This document shows positions 51,690 through 64,000 of a stretch of DNA of 64,000 nucleotides, one piece after another (position 1 is the first letter of the stretch; every line of letters starts with the position of its first letter). Under the pieces are notes generated by a model. That model did no database searches. It was not told the DNA's origin and saw only the letters and a list, made by a program, of their open reading frames with translations. The position numbers were made by a program, and so were the translations under genes. This DNA comes from Mobula birostris (lineage: Eukaryota), in the NCBI RefSeq assembly GCF_030028105.1, contig NC_092371.1, positions 14,777,884-14,841,883 on the forward strand, given 5' to 3'.

Positions 51690-54600
51690 TTGCTTGTGTG
51701 TGAGAACGGTGTTGTATGCTCGGTGTGTGATGTGGGAGGCGCTGGAGACTCCCAGCCTCCCGAGCGGCCACATATTGCGCCAGGTGCATCGAGCTGCAGC
51801 TCCTTAGGGACCGGGTTAGGGAACTGGAGATGCAGTTCGATGACCTTCGTCCGGTCAGGGAGAGTGAGGAGGTGATAGACAGGACCTATAAGCAGGTAGT
51901 CACACCGGGACCAAGGAGACAGATAAGTGGGTAACAGTCAGGGGACGGAAGGGCAGGAGTCAGAGGCTGAAGGGTTCCCCTGTGGCTGTCCCTCCATACA
52001 ATCCGTTCTCCTACTTGAGTACTGTTGGAGAGGACGTCCTAACTGGGGAAGTAACAGTGGTCACCCCTCTGGCACAAATCTCTGGTCTTGTGGCTCGGAA
52101 GGGTAGGGAAAGGAAGAGGTTGGCAGCGGAATTGGGGACTCTATTGTTCGGAGGTTAGTCAGGCGATTCTGTAGAAGCAGGAAAGAATCACGCATGGCAG
52201 TTTGCATTGCAGGTGCCAGGTTCCGGGATGTGTATGATCGCGTACACGATATCTTGAAGTGGGAAGGGGAACATCCAGAGGTTGTGGTACATATTGGTAC
52301 CAACGACATAGATAGAAAAAAGGGAGGAGATCATGTAAACAGACTACAGGGAGTTAGGAAGGAAGCTGAAAAGCTGGATGACAAAAGTAGTCATCTCGGG
52401 ATTACTTCCTGTGCCACGTGACAGTGAATATAGGGATAGAGTGAGGTGGAGGATAAATGCGTGGCTGAAGGATTGGAGCAGAGGGAAGGGATTCAGATTT
52501 CTGGATCATTGGGATCTCTTTGAGGGCAGGTGTGACCTACACAAAAAGGACGGGTTGCACTTGAATCCTAGGGGGACCAATATCCTGGCAGGGACGTTTG
52601 CTGGTGTTATTGGGGAAAGTTTAAACTAGAATTGCTGGGGGGTGGGGACCGAACTGAAGAAACGGCGGAAGAGGCTGCTGGTTCACAAATAGAGACAGCT
52701 TGGCGGCAGTGCGAGAGAGAGTATAGTCAGTTGATAGAGAAGGGTCGAGCTCAAACTGATAGTTTGAGAAGTGACTGTTTTAATGCAAGGAGTATTATGG
52801 ACAAAGCGGATAAGCTTGGAGCTATGATATTGTAGCCATGACAGAAACTTGGATGGCACAGGGTAGGACTGGTTATTTCGAGTGCCAGGCTTTAGATGTT
52901 TCAGAGAGGACAGGGAGGGAAGCAAAAGGGGCGGGGACGTGGCACTGTTGATCAGAGATAGGGTCACGGCTGCAGAAAAGGAGGTAGTCATGGTGGAATT
53001 ATCTACGATGTCTTTTTGGGTGGAAGCTAAGAACAGGAAGTCGTCAATAACTCCACTGGGTGTATTTTATAGACATCCATTAGTAACAGGGAGATCGAGG
53101 AACAGACAGGGAGACAGATTCTGGAAAGGCGTAATAATAACAGGGCTTGCGTGGTGGGAGATTTCAACTTCCCTAATATTGATTAGCATCTCCCTCAAGT
53201 GAGGGGTTTAGATGGGGTGGAGTTTGTTACGTGTATTCAGGAAGGTTTCTTGACACATTATGTCGACACGCCTGCAACAGAGAGTCTATACTTGATCTCG
53301 TATTGTGAAATGAACCTGGTCAGTTCTCTCAGAAGGAGAAAATATTGGAGATAGTGATCACAATTCTATCTCCTTTACCATAGCATTGGAGCGGGATGGG
53401 AACAGACAAGTTAAGGAAACGTTGAACTGGAGTAAAGGGAAGTATGAAGTTATAAGGCAGAAACTTGGAAGCTTTAATTGGAAACAGATGTTGTCAGGGA
53501 AACATGCGGAAGAAATGTGGCAAATGTTCAAGGGATATTTGTGTGGATTTCTGCATAGATACGTTTTAATCAGACACGAACGGATGGTAGGGTACGCCTC
53601 CGTGCTGTACAAAGGCTGTTGTATAAGGAAGGAAAGAAGGGCTTACGAAAGTTTCAAAAAGCTAGGTAATGATAGACATCTAGAAGATTATAAAGCTAGC
53701 AGGAAGAAGCTTAAGAAGGAAATTAGGAGACCCAGAAGGGGCCATGAGAAGGCCCTGGCAGACAGGATTAAGGAAAACCCCAAGGTTTTCTACATGTGTG
53801 TGAAGAGCAAAAGATAAGGCGTGAGAGAATAGGACTAATCAAGTGTGACAGTGCAAAATTGTGTATGGAACCGGAGGAGATAGCAGAGGTACTTATGAAT
53901 ATTTTGATTCAGCAATCTCTACGGAAAATGATCTTGACGATTGTAGGGATGATTTATATCGGATTGCAAAGCTTGAGCGTACAGACATTAAGAAAGAGGA
54001 TATGCTGGAGCTTTCGGAAAGCATCAAGTCCGATAACTCTCCGGGACAGGAGGAAATGAACCCCAGGCTACTGTGGGATCTGAGGAAGGAGATTGCTGAG
54101 CCTCTGGCTATGATCTTTGCATCATCACTGATGACGGAAGAGGTTCCGTAGGATTGGCGGATTGTAGATGTTGTTCCCGTATTCAAGAAAGGCTGTAGAG
54201 ATTTCCCAGGAAATTATAGACCAGTGAGTCTTAATTCAGTGTTTGGTCAGTTGATGGAGAGGATCCTGAGAGGTCGGATTTATGAACATTTGGAGTGGCA
54301 TAATATGATTAGGAATCGTCAGCATGGCTTTGTCAGCGGAAGGTCGTGCCTCACGAGCCTAATTGATTTTTTGAGGATGTGACTAAACACATTGATGAAA
54401 GTAGAGCCGTAAATATAAGGTATATGGATTTCACGAAGGCCTTTGATAAGGTACCCCATGCCAGGCTTATTGAGAATGCAAGGAGGCATGGGATGCAAGG
54501 GGATATTGCTTTGTGGATCCACAACTGGCTTGCCCACAGAAAGCAGAGTGGCTGTAGACAGGGGTCTACAAAAGAATGGTTCTAATCTGTATGGAGCTCG

Positions 54601-55520
54601 GTGACCAGTGGTGTGCCTCAGAGATCTGTTTTGGGACATACATTACCTGAATAAGGAAGTAAACGGATTGGCTAGTAAATTTGATGATGAGACAAAAGTT
54701 GGGGGTGTTTTAGAAACTGTGGAGGGCTGTCAGAGGTTACAGTGGGACATTGATACGATGCAGGACTGGGCTGTGAAGTGGCAGATGGAGTTCCACCCGG
54801 ATAAGTGTGAAGTGGTTCATTTTGGTAGGTCAAATAAGATAGCAGAACATAGCATTAATGGCAAGACTCTTAGCAGTGTGGAGGGTCAGACTGATCTTGG
54901 GGTTCGAGTCCATAAGACACTCAAAACTGCTGCACAAGTTTACTCTGTGGTTAAGAAAACATACGGTGCATTGGCCTGCATCAATCGTGGGATTGCGTTT
55001 AAGGGTCAAGAGGTAATGTTGTAGCTACATAGAACCCTGTTCAGAGCCCTATTGGAGTGTGGTGCTCAGTTCTGGTCTCCTCACTACAGGAAGAAAGTGG
55101 AAACCATAGAAAGGGAGGGGAGATTTACAAGGATGTTGCCTGGATTGGAGTGCATGCCTTATGAGAATAGGTTGAGTGAAATCGGCCTTTTCTCCTTGGA
55201 GCGAAGGAGGATGAGAGGTGACCTGATAGAGACGCGTTGACCATGTGAGTAGTCAGAGGCTGTTTTCCTAGGGCATCGTTTTAAACTGCTTGGCAGTAGG
55301 TACAGAGGAGATGACAGAGTATATTATGCTGAGAATGGTGAGAACGTAGAATAGGTTGCCGGCGGCGGTGGTACAGGAGGAAATGATCGGGTCTTTTTAG
55401 AGACTCCTGGATAGGTACATGGAGCTTCTAAAATTGAGGGCTATGGGTAAGCCGAGGAAATAGTGCGCCGAAGGGCCTTTATTGTGCTGTAGGTTTTCTA
55501 AGTTTCTTTGTTTCTATGCG
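51690..55520 (+). mobile_element. degraded near-full-length CR1 LINE
   Basis: ORF1 remnants (VVVHIGTND, DGLHLN), endonuclease and RT remnants with many stops; tail at about 55500. Confidence 0.9.
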
Positions 55521-55646
55521 ATTAAGGTACGAATAAGGAATAAAATGAACATAAATACCAGCTGTATTCATGATGTAAACATATGGTGTTAAAGTGATTT
55601 AAACTGATTACAGTGCAGTGCAGTGACCAGGTAAGGGGGTGGGGTG

Positions 55647-57205
55647 TTAACATAGAACATAGAACATAGAATAGTAGAGCACAGTACAGGCCCTTCGGCT
55701 CACAATATTGTGCCGACCCTCAAACCCTGCTTCCCATATAACCCCCACCTTAAATTCCTCCATATACCGGTCTAGTGGTCTTTTAAACTTCACCAGTGTA
55801 TCTGCCTTCACCACTGACTCAGGCAGTGCATTCCACGCACCAACCACTCTCTGAGTAAAAAACCTTCCTCTAATATCCCCCTTGAACTTCCCACCCCTTA
55901 CCTTAAAGTCATGTCCTCTTATATTGAGCAGTGGTGCCCTGGGGAGGAGGCACTGGCTGTCCACTCTATCTATTCCTCTTATTATCTTGTACACCTCTAT
56001 CATATCTCCTCTCATCTTCCTTCTCTCCAAAGAGTAAAGCCCTAGCTCCCTTAATCTCTGATCATAATGCATACTTTCTAAACCAGGCAGCATCCTGGTA
56101 AGTCTCCTCTGTACCATTTCCAATGCTTCCATATCCTTCCTATAGTGAGGTGACCAGAACTGGACACAGTATTCCAAGTGTGGCCTAACCAGAGTTTTAT
56201 AGAGCTGCATCATTACATCGCGACTCTTAAACTCTATCCCTCGACTTCTGAAAGCTAACACCCCATAAGTTTTCTTAACTACCCTATCCACCTGTGAGGA
56301 AACTTTCAGGGATCTGCGGACATGTACCCCGAGGTCCCTCTGCTCCTCCACACTACCAAGTATCCTGCCATTTACTTTGTACTCTGCCTTGGAGTTTGTC
56401 CTTCCAACGTGTACCACCTCACACTTCTCCAGGTTGAACTCCATCTGCCACTTCTCAGCCCACTTCTGCACCCTATGAATGTCTCTCTGCAATCTTTGAC
56501 AATCCTCTACACTATCTACAACACCACCAACCTTTGTGTCGTCTGCAGACTTACCAACCCACCCTTCTACCCCAACATCCAGGTTGTTAATAAAAATCAC
56601 GAAAAGTAGAAGTCCCAGAACAGATCCTTGTGGGACACCACTAGTCACAATCCTCCAATCTGAAAGTACTCCCTCCACCAACACCCTCTGCCTGCTGCAG
56701 GCAAGCCAATTCTGAATCCACCTGGCCAAACTTCCCTGGAGCCCATGCCTTCTAACTTTCTGAATAAGCCTACCGTGTGGAACGTTGTCAAATGCCTTAC
56801 TAAAATCCAATAGATCAGATCCACTACACTACCCTCATCTATATGTCTGGTCACCTCCTCAAAGAACTCTATCAGGCTTGTTAGACACGATCTGCCCTTC
56901 ACAAAGCCATGCTGACTGTCCCTGATCAGACCATGATTCTCTAAATGCCTATAGATCCCATCTCTAAGAATCTTTTCCAACAACTTTCCCACCACAGACG
57001 TAAGGCTCACTGGTCTATAATTACCCGGACTGTCCCTACTACCTTTTTTGAACAAGGGGACAACATTCACCTCCCTCCATTCCTCCGATACCATTCCCGT
57101 GGACAACAAGGGCATAAAGATCCTCGCCAGAGGCTCAGCAATCTCTTCTCTCGCCTCGTGGAGCAGCCTGGGGAATATTCCGTCAGGCTCCGGGGACTTA
57201 TCTAG
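55647..57205 (-). mobile_element. 5'-truncated young CR1 LINE (RT and 3' tail)
   Basis: ORFs 55647-56810 and 56645-57115; (catagaa)n tail; same subfamily as 720-1940. Confidence 0.95.
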
Positions 57206-57839
57206 TAACTAGTAGATCTAGTTAACTAGTATAGTTGATAACATTAATTGTCTGGAGAGAAGTGGCTTTTAAGATAGTGTGACACTCCTGGCCCTGTGAT
57301 TCTGCCTTTTTGTTTTAATAGCTCTATTGCGATTTCTGGAGCGAGCTTTTGGAAAGGGCAGTTTGCTTGGTGAGTATTTTAATAAATGAGCAGGTTTTGA
57401 GTTCTGAAAACTGTAGGCGCTCGAACTACCGCTAGTGAACATATGGTGGTGGTAGTGCGCCGCGAGGACCAGAATGGGTCATGACCTCAGAAAGCAATTT
57501 CACCAACGCAAAAGAAGGGAGATGTGGGTTTAGATGGCCCTTGTGAACATTCCAGACAGCTTAAAAAGTGATTTACACTAGTGAGGCGATTGATAAAATC
57601 TGGCATTCCTGGATTAAGTTAAAACGAGCGGTGACTGGCAGTTCGGACCATCTGCAGTACTGAAGGTTTTTGACAGGTCGCTGCCCTACAGATAAGTCCA
57701 TGGTTGAATGTCAGAAATTAGTATTTGAAATTGAATTGAATTGACTTTATTTCTTACATCCTTCAGATACATGAGGAGTAAAATCTTAACGTTGCATCTC
57801 CATCCAAATGTTCAATGTGCAACCGTAGTAATTTCTAAT

Positions 57840-58245
57840 AAATAGGACAGTCAAAGTAGTATACACCGCACTCAGATCAGCGTGAGTTAATCAGTCTGAT
57901 GATCTGGTGGAAGAACTTTCCCGGAGTATGTTGGTCCTACTTTTATACTGCGGTACCGTTTCCCGGGTGGTAGCAGCAGGAATAGATTGCATTTGGGGTG
58001 ATTCCGGTCGCCAGTGATCCTCCGGGCCCTTTTTACACATGCGTCCTTGTAAAAGTCCTGAAACATGGGAAGTTCAAAACTACAGATGCACTGGGCTGTC
58101 CGCACCACTCTTCTTAGAGTCCTGCGATTACCGGAGGTACAATTGCCAAACCAGGCAATGATGCAGTCAGTCAGGATGTTCTCAATTGTGCCCCCGTAGA
58201 AAGTTCTTAGGATTCGGGGACCCGTACCAAACTTCCTCAACCCTC
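57840..58245 (-). mobile_element. Rex1/Babar-like LINE 3' fragment
   Basis: ORF 57887-58240 LRTFYGGTIENILTDCIIAWFGNC. Confidence 0.75.
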
Positions 58246-58309
58246 TGAGGTGAAAGTGGTCTTGCTGTGCCTCTTACTGCCACAATACAGAATTGTCTTA
58301 GTATACCTC

Positions 58310-58580
58310 TTCTTCAATTGCCCTTTCCCCATTTACTGCTAACGTCCAGTAATGTGCGACTTCACTGCATCTCTGATACGCTGTTAAGAATATTTACGTG
58401 AGGTAACAGTTCACATGGAACAACTGTAGGGGAGAACCTATACCAGCTACGCAGATCCAGAAAGGTAACACGGCAAAACCTGGGGGCTCACTTACGAGCT
58501 GAAAGAACCTGATTAACAGCACTGGAAATTGGACCTGTAAATCCAGTTACAAAAGATCCGGCACAGGAATATTTTAAAAG
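58310..58580 (+). pseudogene. possible decayed C2/I-set Ig domain exon
   Basis: SSNVRLHC...IFT*(W) then, after a frameshift, GSLT...NSTGNWTC. Confidence 0.3.
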
Positions 58581-58689
58581 TCTGGCAGGGGAACACGATA
58601 CCATAACACGCAGAAACAAGAGTAGAGTATTCGGCCCCCTCCTCCCACTCCATTATTCAATGCGATCACGGTGGACCTGTCATGCATAG

Positions 58690-59320
58690 AAACATAGTAA
58701 TCTAGAGCAGATTACAGGCCTTTCGGGCCACAATATCGTGCCGACCAGGTAACCTACTCTGGAAGCTGTCTGCTTTTCCCAACCGTAGAACCCTCTACTT
58801 TACTGAGCTCCATGTATCTATCTAAGAGTCTATTACAAGATCCTACCGTATCTGCTTCTTTCAGCTCTGCTGGCAGTGCGTTCCTTGTACCCAACGCTCT
58901 GACACACCCATTGTACCCACTTTCAAGCACTTTATGGCTATGCCCCCTCGTGTTAGTCATTTCAGACTTGGAAAGAACGCCTCTGGCTATCATACGATTA
59001 ATGCACCTCATCATCTCCTACACTATTATCAAGTCACCTCTCACCCGCTGTTTCTCTAAGGAGAAAGGCCAAGTTCACTCAACCTATTCTCATAAAGCAT
59101 GCTCTCCAATCCAGGCAACATCCTTGTAAATATGTCCTGTATTCTTTCTGTAGTATCCACATCCTTTCTAGTAATGTAATAACAAGAAATGAACACAGTA
59201 CTCCAACTGGGGTCCAATTATCCACGAACTCAGTCCCATGGTTGATGAAGGTCAACGTACTATACGCCCTCTTAAGAACACTGTAGCCACTTTGAGTGTC
59301 CTATGGACATGGACCCCAAG
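58690..59320 (-). mobile_element. CR1 3' fragment
   Basis: catagaaacatag tail; ORF 58754-59014 NTRGHS. Confidence 0.75.
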
Positions 59321-59337
59321 ATCTCGATTATACCCCC

Positions 59338-60197
59338 TGTGACGACAGCCCAAATTATCAGAAGATTGATGCCGATAAGAGGACAATGGGGGAACATTCA
59401 GAAATGTTAATGAGAGACGAGAGGATTAACGAAAAGGAGACACAGTTCCGAGTATTGTCAGAGACCGGTGGCTTTGAAACCTGAACTGTTTGAAGTTTGA
59501 TGGACAGGCGATACCCCAGCAGGGGGATAAAAAGGGACAGGTTCGCTAAGGCAACAGACACACAACACCACGAGGTAACGAGATCCTGGAAGCGGTGTGC
59601 CCCCACAAGTTGGTGGAGTTTTGGATGTCTGGTCGCGGGACCAGCCATAGACGCACAGGGTGGAAAGATACGGTCGGGCGGGACCCGGTGTGGGTGTCCG
59701 CCCTTGCCTGGGTGCCAGGTTCACCGCAGAAGAACGATCGTATCTGGAACGAAGGGGGGCACAGTCGTTGACCTCAGAAGACATTACAAAGGGCTCGCCC
59801 GAAAGCTAACAGCGAGGAATATCGAAGGTCTGTTTGGAATCCAATTTGCATATTCATTCGTTCTCTCTCTTCTCCCCGTCCCAACGGCACAACAGCGATT
59901 ACTGCGAACTGAACTGAACTAAATTGAACTGAACTTTGCGTCACTTGAAACTGATCATTTACCCCTAGACTGCGATGGAGCTTGATTGATCCTATTATCC
60001 TAGTTCTGTGTACATGTGTGTTTTATCATTGCTAAATTGTTGCATTTATATCCTTTTGATTAGAGTACTGTGTTGCTTATTTCTTTAATAAAACTTTCTT
60101 AGTTCCAGTAATCCAGACTCCAACTAAGTGTTCCATTTCTGCTGGTTTGGCAACCCAGTTACGGGGTACGTAACATAAGTGGGGTTCTCGTCCGCAC
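59338..60197 (+). mobile_element. LTR plus PBS of the same Gmr1-like family, internal region absent
   Basis: tgtgacg...cgtaaca (59338-60175) is the reverse complement of the 41.9/45.9 kb LTRs, followed by taagtggggttctcgtccgc. Confidence 0.88.
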
Positions 60198-60229
60198 CTA
60201 CAATCCTGCACTGAAGACCAGTAGCGCCA

Positions 60230-62730
60230 CAGTTACGTCGTCAGACACAGTATAAACACACAGAGTACTCAGGTAAGTAACACCTGCAGCAACGCTGAGA
60301 CTGTTTGCTGCTGTGGTTCAAAATGCTTTCCAAGAAAAGAAGTTGACATCGAAGTTCGGATATTCAACGATAATTGGAAAGATCTTATTTTTTTCTTCTG
60401 TGACGTCGACGGCATACCTGTGTGTCTGATATGCTCGCAACAAGTGGCTGTGGAAAAGGAGTACAACATCAAACGACACTTCGAGACGTCACACGGAGAA
60501 AAATATGACAAGTACGCAGGACGACTCAGAACGCAAAAAGTAGACGGCTTGAAGCAGCTCTGAAAAAACAGCAGTCAGTGTTCACCAAAAGTTGAGAGAC
60601 TCATGATGGAGCTGTCAAGGCCAGCTATATTATTGCTAACAAAATGGCTGCTGCGTCGAAGCCATACTCAGAGGGGGAACTCATCTAGGCACGCTGACAT
60701 GGCTGAGCTGAGCTCGTGTGCCCTGAGAAAAGACAGGATTTTGGTAATATCATCTTGTCAAGAAATACTGCGCAGAGAGATTCGGGGATATTGCAGGTGA
60801 TTTGAACAGTCAACTCAAAGACAAAGTGAAATCCTTTATTCTCTTCTCTATTTCAATTGATGAGAGCACCGACGTGACTGATGTAGCTCAATTGGGAATA
60901 TTTATTCGTAGTGTTGATGCATCTTTCACTGTCACCAGGAAGTTTGTGTAGATGGTGTTCATGGCAAACAGCACTACGGCGAACAACATTTTTTCCAGCC
61001 TCGTCGAGGCCATGGACAGACTGGACGTTGACTGGAGTCACGCTGTCAGCCTGGCAATAGATGGGGCACCGTCCGTGGTCCGGAAAATGTCAGGTATTGT
61101 TGCGAAACTCAGAGAGGAAGTTCACACAGAGAATCTAGAGCAGGAATTCTGGATTTTTCATTGTATCATACATCAAGAGGCAATATGTAGCAGGAGCCTG
61201 AAAATGGACAATGTCACAGATGTAGTAATCAAAACGGTTATTTTTATTAAAGCCAAGGGACACAACCATCGGCAATTTGACACTCTTTTGTCCGAAAGTA
61301 ATACTGGACACTGCCTACCCTACCACAACTAAGTCCACTGGTTGAGCAGAGTGGTTGTGCTCAAACCATTTACTTTCAATTACGTGCGGAAATTAGACTA
61401 TTCATGACCGAGAAAGGGAAGCCAGTGGCAGAATTGGATGTCCCAGACTGGCTTCATTATCTTGCATATTTTTGGTGGATATAACAGTGCACTTAAATGT
61501 GCTTAAAGTTAACAAACTTGTTACGGAATACTACGACAGCATTCGTGCCGTTCAAATTAAATTAGGCCTGTGGGAGATGCAACAATCCCGGAGCAACCTA
61601 GCTCATTTCCCCTCTTTGAAGTCTGTGTGTGTCGCTCATGGGAATAATAACAACATGGATAGGTAAAAGGACAAAATATCACGGCTGAAAAATGAGTTTC
61701 AGAATCGTTTCCAAGTCTTCATTCAGTTCGAGAAGGAATTCTCACTATTTTGCTGGCCGTTTGCGTCAACGCAGCATCAGATGTGCCGGAAGAATTCCAA
61801 ATGGAACTAATTGAAATTCAATGTAACTGGGCTTTGAAATATAAATTTGAGACTGTGGGTCTGGGCTCATTCTATCAATACCTGGGACCGATGACATAAT
61901 TTGCCTCAAAGATCTATTGCATGTGTCGGGACAACATATCTCACTGAGAAAGCGTTCTACATAATGAATATTAACAAATCCAAACTGCGCTCGCAGCTGA
62001 CACACAGACATCTAAATGACATTATGAAAATCACAAATGCCAAGAAACTGGTCTCTGATGTTGACAGGATGGCTAAAGGGTAGAGATGTCAGGTATCTGG
62101 AAGCAGTAAGTGAAAAATAAGTGACGCTGTTCGATGCACTACGACACGAAAGCAAAATGCATTATGAAATATTGAGTGTCATAATATTGTGACTCATTCA
62201 TTTTCTGACTATTCTATTATTGTAAATGTGATCACTTCAATAAAAAAAGAGGTTAAATCTGTTCATTGTCTATGCTTGATTGCTGGAAGGGGGCTAATAA
62301 AAGTTAGGTGCAGTTGCGTCGCCTACGTTTACAATTTGTTACCTTCGGTCTACAGTTGTGTTTGCTAATGTTCTATTTCTAATGGTTTATTAACGGAAAG
62401 GGTATGGCTGCCAAAACAATCTTAGCCAAAATAGCATCTTTTTTTCTCCTTCTCATCATGACTTTCTTGTAGCCTACGACTGTAAGTTAATACCAATCAT
62501 AAAAAATAATACTTGCTAGGCAATCTTCTTCATAAGAAACGAAATTCGTCAAGTACAACACTGTTGTTATCGCAGAGACTGGGACGCATGAGAGCAGGTT
62601 GAAAAAACGCAGGCAACGAAAGCTGTGGGAACACGCGCGCGTGCGTTCGCGCGTGCACAGCTGATCCGGTCCGCATGAAGTCGCATTTTGCCCAATCCGG
62701 CCCATGACCGAAAATGAGTTTGACACCCCG
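60230..62730 (+). mobile_element. hAT (Charlie/SPIN, GTF2IRD2-like) DNA transposon, broken transposase
   Basis: BED-finger PVCLIC...NIKRHFETSH; IDESTDV; DGAP; HCIIHQE; RSQLTHRHL; 3' TIR-like gtttgacacccc at 62718-62729. Confidence 0.88.
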
Positions 62731-64000
62731 TTGTATATTTAATCAGGAGCTTTCATGAAATGTTGCCCTTTATTGAAAAGCGTATAAAATACACACGTGC
62801 AGAAGATTTAAGACAAATTTGAGCTCAATAGGTGTGGAAAGTTATATTCGCAGTGGAGGCAGAGGAGCGATAGTTCGCCATGAAGCGGCTGATCATATCA
62901 GAGAGGTTCGGCACACAATGAAATCCCAAGTATCCTCTTATTTATAAGGAGCTATGATATCGAATTCTGTCGGGTTTGCCGTGTTTACACCAGGACATTC
63001 CGTAGTAAAATCTCTTTGTGTAACTCAGAACTGCATTGGGTGATTGAAGACATGAGACAAATGAAAGGTACCGTAGAGATGCATGCAAGTTCTTGTTCCT
63101 AACACTCATGACCAATTTCCCACAGGATCAATAAACTATGACTATGATGTGTTGGACAAGTGAACGATAGTGCCGCCGTTAAGGTAATTTCAGTGCATGC
63201 TTCTCATTTCCGAGGTTTGCAGTGAAAACATTGTTCAATATTCAAAGTATTTCTATTGTCAAAGTATGTATACATTATTATCCTGAGATTCGCCTTCTTA
63301 CAGGCAGCCACAAAACAAAGGAACCTAAAAGAAACCATTAAAAGAACAAGACTGAAAAACAGTTAGTTGAATGCATGATAGAATGAAAACGGGCCACACT
63401 GACCGCTTTCCTGGATGTCCAGAGATTTTTACTTTCCAAATCTGCTCTGCATCTGCATGACAACAAGCAATCTAAAATTTATGGTCTGCTAGGTCGTAAA
63501 TTATACTGGATACAACAGATTTGCACTGAAAGGTGAGCACTAATGGTGTGGTGCCGGTAGAACTCAGCCATACACACATTCGCTTTCCTGCAACACTTAT
63601 CACATCCTGTTTGGCCTCCTACCATCAGGGAGAGTTACCGTACGTTTAGGACAAGGTCTGTCAGGACGGGAAACAGCTTGTCCCCACCCCACTTCTCAAG
63701 AGATAACTGCCAGCAATGTTTCAAAGATCAAAGCGCTATTATTAAAGTATGCATGCTGTATATAACCCTGAGATTTGTCTTTCCTAGGAAACAAAGAAAG
63801 GCCATGGAACACGTTTCAAGAAAAGAAAAACATACACACAAAAAATAATATCAAACATCCAAAATGCGAAAAAGAACAAACCGCGGAATCAACTAAAAGG
63901 GAGCAAATAATATACAGAATATAAACATCAAAACGCAAGAGTTCTTGACTTGTTCCGGGAGAAACTGCAACTGAGTCAGTTTAGGTCAGCTTGTGCTGGT

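Noticed and set aside
57264-57298. Putative RSS (ggcttttaa...ccctgtg) before the J-like motif
   Set aside because: The spacer is 19 bp, the nonamer is poor, and the distance to the donor is too long for a J segment
1-64000. Most short ORFs in the supplied track
   Set aside because: They are antisense or off-frame readings of LINE, LTR and DNA-transposon sequence, or low-complexity DNA, with no independent coding evidence

Overview
Vertebrate genomic DNA, most likely from a cartilaginous fish (ray/skate-like). This is inferred from the CR1 LINE subfamilies with (TTCTATG)n tails, the V-SINE-like and Penelope-like repeats, and a shark-type Ig light-chain sequence. Most of the window is transposon-derived: CR1 LINEs, Rex1/Babar, R4-like, Penelope fragments with hammerhead ribozyme motifs, a Gmr1-like LTR element, Tc1 and hAT. 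There is a 148-N assembly gap. I found no rRNA, tRNA or CRISPR array. The non-repetitive islands hold a cluster of germline-joined (non-rearranging) immunoglobulin-superfamily V(J) genes. The best feature is an apparently intact minus-strand gene (gene B, 29005->23378) that I assembled exon by exon from splice signals and phases: leader - V(J) - C1-set - Cys stalk/TM - two cytoplasmic exons ending in an ITIM (ILYASL), about 300 aa, with a candidate short-tail alternative exon. Around it are a VJ exon lacking the first Cys (gene A, 7.7-8.0 kb), a decayed V-C1 paralogue split by a Penelope insertion (19.1-20.2 kb), a germline-joined Ig light-chain VJ pseudogene of sigma-cart/type I flavour (49.3-49.9 kb), and several weaker Ig-domain relics. 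All gene models are by eye, with no alignment or expression data.
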